Made by a program: the position numbers and the translations under genes
The notes under the pieces: generated by a model
The model's database searches: none
Told to the model about the DNA's origin: nothing
Seen by the model: the letters and a program-made list of their open reading frames with translations, nothing else
Shown: piece by piece, positions 56,704 to 56,994 of the stretch
How the letters are laid out: each line of letters opens with the position of its first letter
How positions within the stretch are numbered: position 1 is the stretch's first letter
Assembly: GCA_964618995.1 (NCBI GenBank)
Contig: CAZUBQ010000001.1
Span: 157,925 to 214,918 of the forward strand
Direction: 5' to 3'
Origin: an uncultured Candidatus Poseidoniales archaeon
Lineage (GTDB): Archaea > Thermoplasmatota > Poseidoniia > Poseidoniales > Thalassarchaeaceae
DNA: 56,994 nucleotides

Positions 56704-56994
56704 ATGAGATTAGGCATGATCGTCGCAATGGACCTCGACGGTGTCATCGGCCGCGACAGTGACCTGCCGTGGCACCTGCCGGCGGACCTGAAGCACTTCA
56801 AGGACACGACCATGGGTTGCCCGATGATCATGGGGCGGCGTACCTACGACGCCATCGGCAGGCCATTGCCAGGAAGGACGAGCGTTGTACTCACGCGAGA
56901 TGACGAATGGTACGTTCCCGGCGTGGAAATCGTCAACAGCATCGCCGAGGCGCTCGATGTCGCAGGCATCGATGCAGGCGCCGACGGCTGGGCG
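56704..56994 (+). CDS. folA: Dihydrofolate reductase, 3'-truncated by the window edge (absent from the ORF track)
   Basis: My translation: MRLGMIVAMDLDGVIGRDSDLPWHLPADLKHFKDTTMGCPMIMGRRTYDAIGRPLPGRTSVVLTR. GAGGCG Shine-Dalgarno upstream; directly follows thyA. Confidence 0.96.
   Translation, partial: MRLGMIVAMDLDGVIGRDSDLPWHLPADLKHFKDTTMGCPMIMGRRTYDAIGRPLPGRTSVVLTRDDEWYVPGVEIVNSIAEALDVAGIDAGADGWA

Overview
A roughly 60% GC, gene-dense archaeal core-genome segment, most likely Marine Group II Euryarchaeota (Ca. Poseidoniales). This is inferred from archaeal information genes (cbf5, rpoL, aEF-1beta, aCPSF1/FttA, psmB, archaeal truD and trpS) occurring with bacterial-type ribA, thyA-folA and plsC, two MMPL/RND transporters and large membrane-anchored secreted proteins. 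There are about 52 CDS, three tRNAs (His-GTG, Lys-CTT, Pro-TGG) and an RNase P RNA (34481-34778, minus strand). The ORF track misses a truncated folA at the right edge. I found no CRISPR array, integrase or IS element. The strongest candidate for an undescribed system is at the left edge. A probably cytoplasmic protein with (MDDAPPPPPG)n repeats has a core that by eye resembles the eukaryotic mu-homology domain of adaptin mu, delta-COP and FCHo/Syp1. It abuts tail-to-tail a TPR protein ending in an acidic DPF/FADF motif, the motif class such domains bind in eukaryotes. Other notable signals are a Ser-less PdaD-like pseudoenzyme, a DxD-less GT2 paralogue, an EMC3/Oxa1-family insertase with a basic Zn-ribbon tail, an archaeosortase with no PGF targets in view, a VKOR-redoxin cluster, two probable CTG starts and a recurrent TTGAWR promoter-like motif. 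All homology calls come from visual motif recognition; no database search was run.
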